From the NCBI GenBank assembly GCA_964016885.1, contig OZ024742.1:367660001-367724000 (forward strand): DNA of 64,000 bases, read 5' to 3'. The notes under the pieces are model-generated. The model was not told the origin of the DNA and did no database searches. It saw only the letters and a list, made by a program, of their open reading frames with translations. The stretch is from Eledone cirrhosa. Taxonomy: Eukaryota. The position numbers were made by a program, and so were the translations under genes. Every line of letters begins with the position of its first letter. Position 1 is the first letter of the stretch. This document shows, piece by piece, positions 1 to 13,197 of the stretch.

Positions 1-526
1 TGATCACTCATGGTCGAATGTTCGATTGGAAACCAGCTGGTTTTATCTGGTCCTGTATCATTTGGTGATCAAGAATGGACGAATGTTCGATTGGGAAACC
101 AGCTGGTTTTATCTGGTCCTGTATCATTTGGTGATCACTCATGGTCGAATGTTCGATTGGGAAACCAGCTGGTTCTATCTGGTCCTGTATCATTTGGTGA
201 TCACTCATGGTCGAATTTTAGAATGGGAAACCAGCTGGTTTTATCTGGTCCAGTATCATTTGGTGATCACTCATGGTCGAATGTTTGATTGGAAACCAGC
301 TGGTTTTATCTGGTCCTGTATCATTTGGTGATCAAGAATGGACGAATGTTCGATTGGGAAACCAGCTGGTTTTATCTGGTCCTGTATCATTTGGTGATCA
401 CTCATGGTCGAATGTTCGATTGGGAAACCAGCTGGTTCTATCTGGTCCTGTATCATTTGGTGATCACTCATGGTCGAATTTTCGAATGGGAAACCAGCTG
501 GTTTTATCTGGTCCAGTATCATTTGG
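1..526. repeat. 4-monomer (263-bp) tandem duplication starting with the 65-bp del-G monomer
   Basis: GATTGGAAACC (del G) followed by the GATCAAGAATGGACG monomer occurs at monomer starts 1 and 264. ORFs 8/271 and 10/273 are offset by 263 = 4x66-1. The same doublet recurs at 35764/36027. Confidence 0.9.
124..189. other. Example of the dyad-symmetry cluster in consensus monomers: GTGATCAC, TCGAA-tg-TTCGA and AAACCAGCTGGTTT (here AACCAGCTGGTT owing to a local variant)
   Basis: Direct reverse-complement check of the consensus shows an 8-bp perfect palindrome, a 5+5-bp inverted repeat with a 2-bp spacer and a 14-bp perfect palindrome. Together they cover 34 of 66 bp. Confidence 0.9.
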
Positions 527-1786
527 TGATCACTCATGGTCGAATGTTTGATTGGGAAATCAGCTGGTTTTATCTGGTCCTGTGTCATTTGGTGATCACT
601 AATGGTCGAATGTTCGATTGGGAAACCAGCTCGTTTTATCTGGTCCTGTGTCATTTGGTGATCACTAATGGTCGAATGTTCGATTGGGAAACTAGCTGGT
701 TTTATCTGGTCCTGTATCATTTGGTGATCACTCATGGTCGAATGTTCTATTGGGAAACCAGCTGGTTTTATCTGGTCCTGTATCATTTTGTTATCACTAA
801 TGGTCGAATGTTTGATTGGGAAACTAGCTGGTTTTATCTGGTCCTGTATCATTTGATGATCCCTCATGGTCGAATGTTCGATTGGAAAACCAGCTGGTTT
901 TATCTGGTCCTGTATCATTTGGTGATCACTCATGGACGAATGTTCGATTGGGAAACCAGCTGGTTTTATCTGGTCCTGTATCATTTGGTGATCACTCATG
1001 GTCGAATGTTCGATGGGGAAACCAGCTGGTTTTATCTGGTACTGTATCATTTGGTGATCACTCATGGTCGAATGTTCGATTGGGAAACCAGCTGGTTTTA
1101 TCTGGTCCTGTATCATTTGGTGATCACTCATGGTCGAATGTTCGATTGGGAAACCAGCTGGTTTTATCTGGTCCTGTATCATTTGGTGAGCACTATTGGT
1201 CGAATGTTCGATTGGAAAACCAGCTGGTTTTATCTGGTCCTGTATCATTTGGTGATCACTCATGGTCGAATGTTCGATTGGGAAACCAGCTGGTTTTATC
1301 TGGTCCTGTATCATTTGGTGATCACTCATGGTCGAATGTTCGATTGGGAAACCAGCTGTTTTTATCTGGTCCTGTATCATTTGGTGATCACTCAAGGTCG
1401 AATGTTCGATTGGGAAACCAGCTGGTTTTATCTGGTCCTGTATCATTTGGTGATCACTCATGGTCGAATGTTCGATTGGCAAACCAGTTGGTTTTATCTG
1501 GTCCTGTATCATTTGGTGATCAAGAATGGACGAATGTTCGATTGGGAAACCAGCTAGTTTTATCTGCTCCTGTATCATTTGGTGATCACTAATGGTCGAA
1601 TGTTCGATTGGGAAACTAGCTGGTTTTATCTGGTCCTGTATCATTTGGTGATCTCTCATGGTCGAATGTTCGATTGGGAAACCAGCTGGTTCTATCTGGT
1701 CCTGTATCATTTTGTGATCACTAATGGTCGAATGTTTGATTTGGAAACTAGCTGGTTTTATCTGGTCCTGTATCATTTGGTGATCC

Positions 1787-4700
1787 CTCATGGTCGAATG
1801 TTCGATTGGAAAACCAGCTGGTTTTATCTGGTCCTGTATCATTTGGTGATCACTCATGGACGAATGTTCGATTGGGAAACTAGCTGGTTTTATCTGGTCC
1901 TGTATCATTTGGTGATCACTCATGGTCGAATGTTCGATGGGGAAACCAGCTGGTTTTATCTGGTACTGTATCATTTGGTGATCACTCATGGTCGAATGTT
2001 CGATTGGGAAACCAGCTGGTTTTATCTGGTCCTGTATCATTTGGTGATCACTCATGGTCGAATGTTCGATTGGGAAACCAGCTGGTTTTATCTGGTCATG
2101 TATCATTTGGTGAGCACTATTGGTCGAATCTTCGATTGGAAAACCAGCTGGTTTTATCTGGTCCTGTATCATTTGGTGAGCACTCATGGTCGAATGTTCG
2201 ATTGGGAAACCAGCTGGTTTTATCTGGTCCTGTATCATTTGGTGATCACTCATGGTCGAATGTTCGATTGGGAAACCAGCTGGTTTTATCTGGTCCTGTA
2301 TCATTTGGTGATCGCTCAAGGTCGAATGTTCGATTGGGAAACCAGCTGGTTTTATCTGGTCCTGTATCATTTGGTGATCACTCATGGTCGAATGTTCGAT
2401 TGGAAACCAGCTGGTTTTATCTGGTCCTGTATCATTTGGTGATCAAGAATGGACGAATGTTCGATTGGGAAACCAACTGGTTTTATCTGGTCCTGTATCA
2501 TTTGGTGATCACTCATGGTCGAATGTTCGATTGGGAAACCAGCTGGTTCTATCTGGTCCTGTATCATTTGGTGATCACTCATGGTCGAATTTTCGAGTGG
2601 GAAACCAGCTGGTTTTATCTGGTCCAGTATCATTTGGTGATCACTCATGGTCGAATGTTTGATTGGGAAATCAGCTGGCTTTATCTGGTCCTGTGTCATT
2701 TGGTGATCACTAATGGCTGAATGTTCGATTGGGAAACCAGCTCGTTTCATCTGGTCCTGTGTCATTTGGTGATCACTAATGGTCGAATGTTCGATTGGGA
2801 AACCAGCTGGTTTTATCTGGTCCTGTGTCATTTGGTGATCACTAATGGTCAAATGTTCGATTGGGAAACTAGCTGGTTTTATCTGGTCCTGTATCATTTG
2901 GTGATCACTCATGGTCGAATGTTCGATTGGGAAACCAGCTGGTTTTATCTGGTCCTGTATCATTTTGTGATCACTAATGGTCGAATGTTTGATTGGGAAA
3001 CTAGCTGGTTTTATCTGGTCCTGTATCATTTGGTGATCCCTCATGGTCGAATGTTCGATTGGAAAACCAGCTGGTTTTATCTGGTCCTGTATCATTTAGT
3101 GATCACTCATGGACGAATGTTCGATTGGGAAACCAGCTGGTTTTATCTGGTCCTGTATCATTTGGTAATCACTCATGGTCGAATGTTCGATGGGGAAACC
3201 AGCTGGTTTTATCTGGTACTGTATCATTTGGTGATCACTCATGGTCGAATGTTCGATTGGGAAACCAGCTGGTTTTATCTGGTCCTGTATCATTTGGTGA
3301 TCACTCATGGTCGAATGTTCGATTGGGAAACCAGCTGGTTTTATCTGGTCCTGTATCATTTGGTGAGCACTATTGGTCGAATGTTCGATTGGAAAACCAG
3401 CTGGTTTTATCTGGTCCTGTATCATTTGGTGATCACTCATGGTCGAATGTTCGATTGGGAAACCAGCTGGTTTTATCTGGTCCTGTATCATTTGGTGATC
3501 ACTCATGGTCGAATGTTCGATTGGGAAACCAGCTGTTTTTATCTGGTCCTGTATCATTTGGTGATCACTCAAGTTCGAATGTTCGATTGGGAAACCAGCT
3601 GGTTTTATCTGGTCCTGTATCATTTGATGATCACTCATGGTCGAATGTTCGATTGGCAAACCAGCTGGTTTTATCTGGTCCTGTATCATTTGGTGATCAA
3701 GTATGGACGAATGTTCGATTGGGAAACCAGCTAGTTTTATCTGCTCCTGTATCATTTGGTGATCACTCATGGTCGAATGTTCGATTGGGAAACCAGCTGG
3801 TTCTATCTGGTCCTGTATCATTTGGTGATCACTCATGGTCGAATGTTCGAATGGGAAACCAGCTGGTTTTATCTGGTCCAGTATCATTTGGTGATCACTC
3901 ATGGTCGAATGTTCGATTGGAAAACCAACTGGTTTTATCTGGTCCTGTATCATTTGGTGATAACTCATGGTCGAATGTTCGATTGGAAAACCAGCTGGTT
4001 TTATCTGGTCCTGTATCATTTGGTGATCAGTATTGGTCGAATGTTCGATTGGGAAACCAGCTGGTTTTATCTGGTCCTGAGTTATTTGGTGATCACTCAT
4101 GGTCGAATGTTCGATTGGGAAACCAGCTGGTTTTATCTGGGCCTGTGTCATTTGGTGATCACTAATGGTCGAATGTTCGATTGGGAAACAAGCTGGTTTT
4201 ATCTGGTCCTGTATCATTTGGTGATCACTCATGGTCGAATGTTCGATTGGGAAACCAGCTGGTTTTATCTGGTCATGTATCATTTGGTGAGCACTATTGG
4301 TCGAATGTTCGATTGGAAAACCAGCTGGTTTTATCTGGTCCTGTATCATTTGGTGATCACTCATGGTCGAATGTTCGATTGGGAAACCAGCTGGTTTTAT
4401 CTGGTCCTGTATCATTTGGTGATCACTCATGGTCGAATGTTCGATTGGGAAACCAGCTGGTTTTATCTGGTCCTGTATCATTTGGTGATCACTCAAGGTC
4501 GAATGTTCGATTGGGAAACCAGCTGGTTTTATCTGGTCCTGTATCATTTGGTGATCACTCATGGTCGAATGTTCGATTGGAAACCAGCTGGTTTTATCTG
4601 GTCCTGTATCATTTGGTGATCAAGAATGGACGAATGTTCGATTGGGAAACCAACTGGTTTTATCTGGTCCTGTATCATTTGGTGATCACTCATGGTCGAA

Positions 4701-7700
4701 TGTTCGATTGGGAAACCAGCTGGTTCTATCTGGTCCTGTATCATTTGGTGATCACTCATGGTCGAATTTTCGAGTGGGAAACCAGCTGGTTTTATCTGGT
4801 CCAGTATCATTTGGTGATCACTCATGGTCGAATGTTTGATTGGGAAATCAGCTGGCTTTATCTGGTCCTGTGTCATTTGGTGATCACTAATGGTCGAATG
4901 TTCGATTGGGAAACCAGCTCGTTTTATCTGGTCCTGTGTCATTTGGTGATCACTAATGGTCGAATGTTCGATTGGGAAACCAGCTGGTTTTATCTGGTCC
5001 TGTGTCATTTGGTGATCACTAATGGTCGAATGTTCGATTGGGAAACTAGCTGGTTTTATCTGGTCCTGTATCATTTGGTGATCACTCATGGTCGAATGTT
5101 CGATTGGGAAACCAGCTGGTTTTATCTGGTCCTGTATCATTTTGTGATCACTAATGGTCGAATGTTTGATTGGGAAACTAGCTGGTTTTATCTGGTCCTG
5201 TATCATGTGGTGATCCCTCATGGTCGAATGTTCGATTGGAAAACCAGCTGGTTTTATCTGGTCCTGTATTATTTGGTGATCACTCATGGACGAATGTTCG
5301 ATTGGGAAACCAGCTGGTTTTATCTGGTCCTGTATCATTTGGTAATCACTCATGGTCGAATGTTCGATGGGGAAACCAGCTGGTTTTATCTGGTACTGTA
5401 TCATTTGGTGATCACTCATGGTCGAATGTTCGATTGGGAAACCAGCTGGTTTTATCTGGTCCTGTATCATTTGGTGATCACTCATGGTCGAATGTTCGAT
5501 TGGGAAACCAGCTGGTTTTATCTGGTCCTGTATCATTTGGTGAGCACTATTGGTCGAATGTTCGATTGGAAAACCAGCTGGTTTTATCTGGTCCTGTATC
5601 ATTTGGTGATCACTCATGGTCGAATGTTCGATTGGGAAACCAGCTGGTTTTATCTGGTCCTGTATCATTTGGTGATCACTCATGGTCGAATGTTCGATTG
5701 GGAAACCAGCTGTTTTTATCTGGTCCTGTATCATTTGGTGATCACTCAAGTTCGAATGTTCGATTGGGAAACCAGCTGGTTTTATCTGGTCCTGTATCAT
5801 TTGGTGATCACTCATGGTCGAATGTTCGATTGGCAAACCAGCTGGTTTTATCTGGTCCTGTATCATTTGGTGATCAAGAATGGACGAATGTTCGATTGGG
5901 AAACCAGCTAGTTTTATCTGGTCCAGTATCATTTGGTGATCACTCATGGTCGAATGTTCGATTGGGAAACCAGCTGGTTTTATCGTTTTCTGTATCATTT
6001 GGTGATCACTAATGGTCGAATGTTCGATTGGGAAACCAGCTGGTTTTATCTGGGCCTGTATCATTTGGTGATCACTCATGGTCGAATGTTCGATTGGAAA
6101 ACCAACTGGTTTTATCTGGTCCTGTATCATTTGGTGATAACTCATGGTCGAATGTTCGATTGGAAAACCAGCTGGTTTTATCTGGTCCTGTATCATTTGG
6201 TGATCAGTATTGGTCGAATGTTCGATTGGGAAACCAGCTGGTTTTATCTGGTCCTGAGTTATTTGGTGATCACTCATGGTCGAATGTTCGATTGGGAAAC
6301 CAGCTGGTTTTATCTGGGCCTGTGTCATTTGGTGATCACTAATGGTCGAATGTTCGATTGGGAAACAAGCTGGTTTTATCTGGTCCTGTATCATTTGGTG
6401 ATCACTCATGGTCGAATGTTCGGTTGGAAAACCAGCTGGTTTTATCTGGTCCTGTATCATTTGGTGATCACTCATGGTCGAATGTTCGATTGGGAAACCA
6501 GCTGGTTTTATCTGGTCCTGTATCATTTGGTGATCACTCATGGTCGAATGTTCGATTGGGAAACCAGCTGGTTTTATCTGGTCCTGTATCATTTGGTGAT
6601 CACTCATGGTCGAATGTTCGATTGGAAAATCAGCTGGTTTTATCTGGTCCTGTATCAGTTGGTGATCACTCATGGTCGAATGTTCGATTGGGAAACCAGC
6701 TGGTTTTATCTGGTCCTGTATCATTTGGTGATCAATCATGGTCGAATGTTCGATTGGGAAACCAGCTGGTTTTATCTGGTCCTGTATCATTTGGTGATCA
6801 CTCATGGTCGAATGTTCGATTGGCATACTAGCTGGTTTTATCTGGTCCTGTATCATTTGGTGATCACTCATGGTCGAATGTTCGATTGGAAAACCAGCTG
6901 GTTTTATCTGGTCCTGTATCATTTGGTGATCAAGAATGGACGAATGTTCGATTGGGAAACCAGCTGGTTTTATCTGGTCCTGTATCATTTGGTGATCACT
7001 CATGGTCGAATGTTCGATTGGGAAACCAGCTGGTTCTATCTGGTCCTGTATCATTTGGTGATCACTCATGGTCGAATGTTCGAATGGGAAACCAGCTGGT
7101 TTTATCTGGTCCTGTATCATTTGGTGATCACTCATGGTCGAATGTTCGATTGGGAAACCAGCTGGTTTTATCGTTTTCTGTATCATTTGGTGATCACTAA
7201 TGGTCGAATGTTCGATTGGGAAACCAGCTGGTTTTATCTGGTCCTGTATCGTTTGGTGATCACTCATGGTCGAATGTTCGATTGGAAAACCAGCTGGTTT
7301 TATCTGGTCCTGTATCATTTGGTGATCACTCATGGACGAATGTTCGATTGGGAAACTAGCTGGTTTTATCTGGTCCTGTATCATTTGGTGATCACTCATG
7401 GTCGAATGTTCGATGGGGAAACCAGCTGGTTTTATCTGGTACTGTATCATTTGGTGATCACTCATGGTCGAATGTTCGATTGGGAAACCAGCTGGTTTTA
7501 TCTGGTCCTGTATCATTTGGTGATCACTCATGGTCGAATGTTCGATTGGGAAACCAGCTGGTTTTATCTGGTCATGTATCATTTGGTGAGCACTATTGGT
7601 CGAATCTTCGATTGGAAAACCAGCTGGTTTTATCTGGTCCTGTATCATTTGGTGATCACTCATGGTCGAATGTTCGATTGGGAAACCAGCTGGTTTTATC

Positions 7701-10700
7701 TGGTCCTGTATCATTTGGTGATCACTCATGGTCGAATGTTCGATTGGGAAACCAGCTGGTTTTATCTGGTCCTGTATCATTTGGTGATCGCTCAAGGTCG
7801 AATGTTCGATTGGGAAACCAGCTGGTTTTATCTGGTCCTGTATCATTTGGTGATCACTCATGGTCGAATGTTCGATTGGAAACCAGCTGGTTTTATCTGG
7901 TCCTGTATCATTTGGTGATCAAGAATGGACGAATGTTCGATTGGGAAACCAACTGGTTTTATCTGGTCCTGTATCATTTGGTGATCACTCATGGTCGAAT
8001 GTTCGATTGGGAAACCAGCTGGTTCTATCTGGTCCTGTATCATTTGGTGATCACTCATGGTCGAATTTTCGAGTGGGAAACCAGCTGGTTTTATCTGGTC
8101 CAGTATCATTTGGTGATCACTCATGGTCGAATGTTTGATTGGGAAATCAGCTGGCTTTATCTGGTCCTGTGTCATTTGGTGATCACTAATGGCTGAATGT
8201 TCGATTGGGAAACCAGCTCGTTTCATCTGGTCCTGTGTCATTTGGTGATCACTAATGGTCGAATGTTCGATTGGGAAACCAGCTGGTTTTATCTGGTCCT
8301 GTGTCATTTGGTGATCACTAATGGTCGAATGTTCGATTGGGAAACTAGCTGGTTTTATCTGGTCCTGTATCATTTGGTGATCACTCATGGTCGAATGTTC
8401 GATTGGGAAACCAGCTGGTTTTATCTGGTCCTGTATCATTTTGTGATCACTAATGGTCGAATGTTTGATTGGGAAACTAGCTGGTTTTATCTGGTCCTGT
8501 ATCATTTGGTGATCCCTCATGGTCGAATGTTCGATTGGAAAACCAGCTGGTTTTATCTGGTCCTGTATCATTTAGTGATCACTCATGGACGAATGTTCGA
8601 TTGGGAAACCAGCTGGTTTTATCTGGTCCTGTATCATTTGGTAATCACTCATGGTCGAATGTTCGATGGGGAAACCAGCTGGTTTTATCTGGTACTGTAT
8701 CATTTGGTGATCACTCATGGTCGAATGTTCGATTGGGAAACCAGCTGGTTTTATCTGGTCCTGTATCATTTGGTGATCACTCATGGTCGAATGTTCGATT
8801 GGGAAACCAGCTGGTTTTATCTGGTCCTGTATCATTTGGTGAGCACTATTGGTCGAATGTTCGATTGGAAAACCAGCTGGTTTTATCTGGTCCTGTATCA
8901 TTTGGTGATCACTCATGGTCGAATGTTCGATTGGGAAACCAGCTGGTTTTATCTGGTCCTGTATCATTTGGTGATCACTCATGGTCGAATGTTCGATTGG
9001 GAAACCAGCTGTTTTTATCTGGTCCTGTATCATTTGGTGATCACTCAAGTTCGAATGTTCGATTGGGAAACCAGCTGGTTTTATCTGGTCCTGTATCATT
9101 TGATGATCACTCATGGTCGAATGTTCGATTGGCAAACCAGCTGGTTTTATCTGGTCCTGTATCATTTGGTGATCAAGAATGGACGAATGTTCGATTGGGA
9201 AACCAGCTAGTTTTATCTGCTCCTGTATCATTTGGTGATCACTCATGGTCGAATGTTCGATTGGGAAACCAGCTGGTTCTATCTGGTCCTGTATCATTTG
9301 GTGATCACTCATGGTCGAATGTTCGAATGGGAAACCAGCTGGTTTTATCTGGTCCAGTATCATTTGGTGATCACTCATGGTCGAATGTTCGATTGGGAAA
9401 CCAGCTGGTTTTATCGTTTTCTGTATCATTTGGTGATCACTAATGGTCGAATGTTCGATTGGGAAACCAGCTGGTTTTATCTGGTCCTGTATCATTTGGT
9501 GATCACTCATGGTCGAATGTTCGATTGGAAAACCAACTGGTTTTATCTGGTCCTGTATCATTTGGTGATAACTCATGGTCGAATGTTCGATTGGAAAACC
9601 AGCTGGTTTTATCTGGTCCTGTATCATTTGGTGATCAGTATTGGTCGAATGTTCGATTGGGAAACCAGCTGGTTTTATCTGGTCCTGAGTTATTTGGTGA
9701 TCACTCATGGTCGAATGTTCGATTGGGAAACCAGCTGGTTTTATCTGGGCCTGTGTCATTTGGTGATCACTAATGGTCGAATGTTCGATTGGGAAACAAG
9801 CTGGTTTTATCTGGTCCTGTATCATTTGGTGATCACTCATGGTCGAATGTTCGATTGGGAAACCAGCTGGTTTTATCTGGTCATGTATCATTTGGTGAGC
9901 ACTATTGGTCGAATGTTCGATTGGAAAACCAGCTGGTTTTATCTGGTCCTGTATCATTTGGTGATCACTCATGGTCGAATGTTCGATTGGGAAACCAGCT
10001 GGTTTTATCTGGTCCTGTATCATTTGGTGATCACTCATGGTCGAATGTTCGATTGGGAAACCAGCTGGTTTTATCTGGTCCTGTATCATTTGGTGATCAC
10101 TCAAGGTCGAATGTTCGATTGGGAAACCAGCTGGTTTTATCTGGTCCTGTATCATTTGGTGATCACTCATGGTCGAATGTTCGATTGGAAACCAGCTGGT
10201 TTTATCTGGTCCTGTATCATTTGGTGATCAAGAATGGACGAATGTTTGATTGGGAAACCAACTGGTTTTATCTGGTCCTGTATCATTTGGTGATCACTCA
10301 TGGTCGAATGTTCGATTGGGAAACCAGCTGGTTCTATCTGGTCCTGTATCATTTGGTGATCACTCATGGTCGAATTTTCGAGTGGGAAACCAGCTGGTTT
10401 TATCTGGTCCAGTATCATTTGGTGATCACTCATGGTCGAATGTTTGATTGGGAAATCAGCTGGCTTTATCTGGTCCTGTGTCATTTGGTGATCACTAATG
10501 GTCGAATGTTCGATTGGGAAACCAGCTCGTTTTATCTGGTCCTGTGTCATTTGGTGATCACTAATGGTCGAATGTTCGATTGGGAAACCAGCTGGTTTTA
10601 TCTGGTCCTGTGTCATTTGGTGATCACTAATGGTCGAATGTTCGATTGGGAAACTAGCTGGTTTTATCTGGTCCTGTATCATTTGGTGATCACTCATGGT

Positions 10701-13197
10701 CGAATGTTCGATTGGGAAACCAGCTGGTTTTATCTGGTCCTGTATCATTTTGTGATCACTAATGGTCGAATGTTTGATTGGGAAACTAGCTGGTTTTATC
10801 TGGTCCTGTATCATGTGGTGATCCCTCATGGTCGAATGTTCGATTGGAAAACCAGCTGGTTTTATCTGGTCCTGTATCATTTGGTGATCACTCATGGACG
10901 AATGTTCGATTGGGAAACCAGCTGGTTTTATCTGGTCCTGTATCATTTGGTAATCACTCATGGTCGAATGTTCGATGGGGAAACCAGCTGGTTTTATCTG
11001 GTACTGTATCATTTGGTGATCACTCATGGTCGAATGTTCGATTGGGAAACCAGCTGGTTTTATCTGGTCCTGTATCATTTGGTGATCACTCATGGTCGAA
11101 TGTTCGATTGGGAAACCAGCTGGTTTTATCTGGTCCTGTATCATTTGGTGAGCACTATTGGTCGAATGTTCGATTGGAAAACCAGCTGGTTTTATCTGGT
11201 CCTGTATCATTTGGTGATCACTCATGGTCGAATGTTCGATTGGGAAACCAGCTGGTTTTATCTGGTCCTGTATCATTTGGTGATCACTCATGGTCGAATG
11301 TTCGATTGGGAAACCAGCTGTTTTTATCTGGTCCTGTATCATTTGGTGATCACTCAAGTTCGAATGTTCGATTGGGAAACCAGCTGGTTTTATCTGGTCC
11401 TGTATCATTTGGTGATCACTCATGGTCGAATGTTCGATTGGCAAACCAGCTGGTTTTATCTGGTCCTGTATCATTTGGTGATCAAGAATGGACGAATGTT
11501 CGATTGGGAAACCAGCTAGTTTTATCTGGTCCAGTATCATTTGGTGATCACTCATGGTCGAATGTTCGATTGGGAAACCAGCTGGTTTTATCGTTTTCTG
11601 TATCATTTGGTGATCACTAATGGTCGAATGTTCGATTGGGAAACCAGCTGGTTTTATCTGGTCCTGTATCATTTGGTGATCACTCATGGTCGAATGTTCG
11701 ATTGGAAAACCAACTGGTTTTATCTGGTCCTGTATCATTTGGTGATAACTCATGGTCGAATGTTCGATTGGAAAACCAGCTGGTTTTATCTGGTCCTGTA
11801 TCATTTGGTGATCAGTATTGGTCGAATGTTCGATTGGGAAACCAGCTGGTTTTATCTGGTCCTGAGTTATTTGGTGATCACTCATGGTCGAATGTTCGAT
11901 TGGGAAACCAGCTGGTTTTATCTGGGCCTGTGTCATTTGGTGATCACTAATGGTCGAATGTTCGATTGGGAAACAAGCTGGTTTTATCTGGTCCTGTATC
12001 ATTTGGTGATCACTCATGGTCGAATGTTCGATTGGGAAACCAGCTGGTTCTATCCGGTCCTGTATCATTTGGTGATCACTAATGGTCGAATGTTCGATTG
12101 GGAAACCAGCTGGTTTTATCTGGTCCTGTATCATTTGGTGATCACTCATGGTCGAATGTTCGATTGGGAAACCAGCTGGTTTTATCTGGTCCTGTATCAT
12201 TTGGTGATCACTATTGGTCGAATGTTCGATTGGGAAACAAGCTGGTTTTATCTGGTCCTGTATCATTTGGTGATCACTCATGGTCGAATGTTCGGTTGGA
12301 AAACCAGCTGGTTTTATCTGGTCCTGTATCATTTGGTGATCACTCATGGTCGAATGTTCGATTGGGAAACCAGCTGGTTTTATCTGGTCCTGTATCATTT
12401 GGTGATCACTCATGGTCGAATGTTCGATTGGGAAACCAGCTGGTTTTATCTGGTCCTGTATCATTTGGTGATCACTCATGGTCGAATGTTCGATTGGAAA
12501 ATCAGCTGGTTTTATCTGGTCCTGTATCAGTTGGTGATCACTCATGGTCGAATGTTCGATTGGGAAACCAGCTGGTTTTATCTGGTCCTGTATCATTTGG
12601 TGATCAATCATGGTCGAATGTTCGATTGGGAAACCAGCTGGTTTTATCTGGTCCTGTATCATTTGGTGATCACTCATGGTCGAATGTTCGATTGGCATAC
12701 TAGCTGGTTTTATCTGGTCCTGTATCATTTGGTGATCACTCATGGTCGAATGTTCGATTGGAAAACCAGCTGGTTTTATCTGGTCCTGTATCATTTGGTG
12801 ATCAAGAATGGACGAATGTTCGATTGGGAAACCAGCTGGTTTTATCTGGTCCTGTATCATTTGGTGATCACTCATGGTCGAATGTTCGATTGGGAAACCA
12901 GCTGGTTCTATCTGGTCCTGTATCATTTGGTGATCACTCATGGTCGAATGTTCGAATGGGAAACCAGCTGGTTTTATCTGGTCCTGTATCATTTGGTGAT
13001 CACTCATGGTCGAATGTTCGATTGGGAAACCAGCTGGTTTTATCGTTTTCTGTATCATTTGGTGATCACTAATGGTCGAATGTTCGATTGGGAAACCAGC
13101 TGGTTTTATCTGGTCCTGTATCGTTTGGTGATCACTCATGGTCGAATGTTCGATTGGAAAACCAGCTGGTTTTATCTGGTCCTGTATCATTTGGTGA
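1787..13197. repeat. Tandem duplication of a ~5.5-kb block (about 83-89 monomers)
   Basis: Shared rare variants AATCTTCG (2127/7603), GATCGCTCAAGG (2310/7786) and GGCTGAAT (2715/8191) are offset by 5476 = 83x66-2. The offset steps to 5608 (ORFs 4559/10167) and 5872 (6886/12758) as whole monomers are added. Confidence 0.85.

Noticed and set aside
14-25. Gram-positive LexA/SOS box or other bacterial operator
   Set aside because: GAATGTTC lacks the GAAC-N4-GTTC spacing, and there is no prokaryotic gene context.
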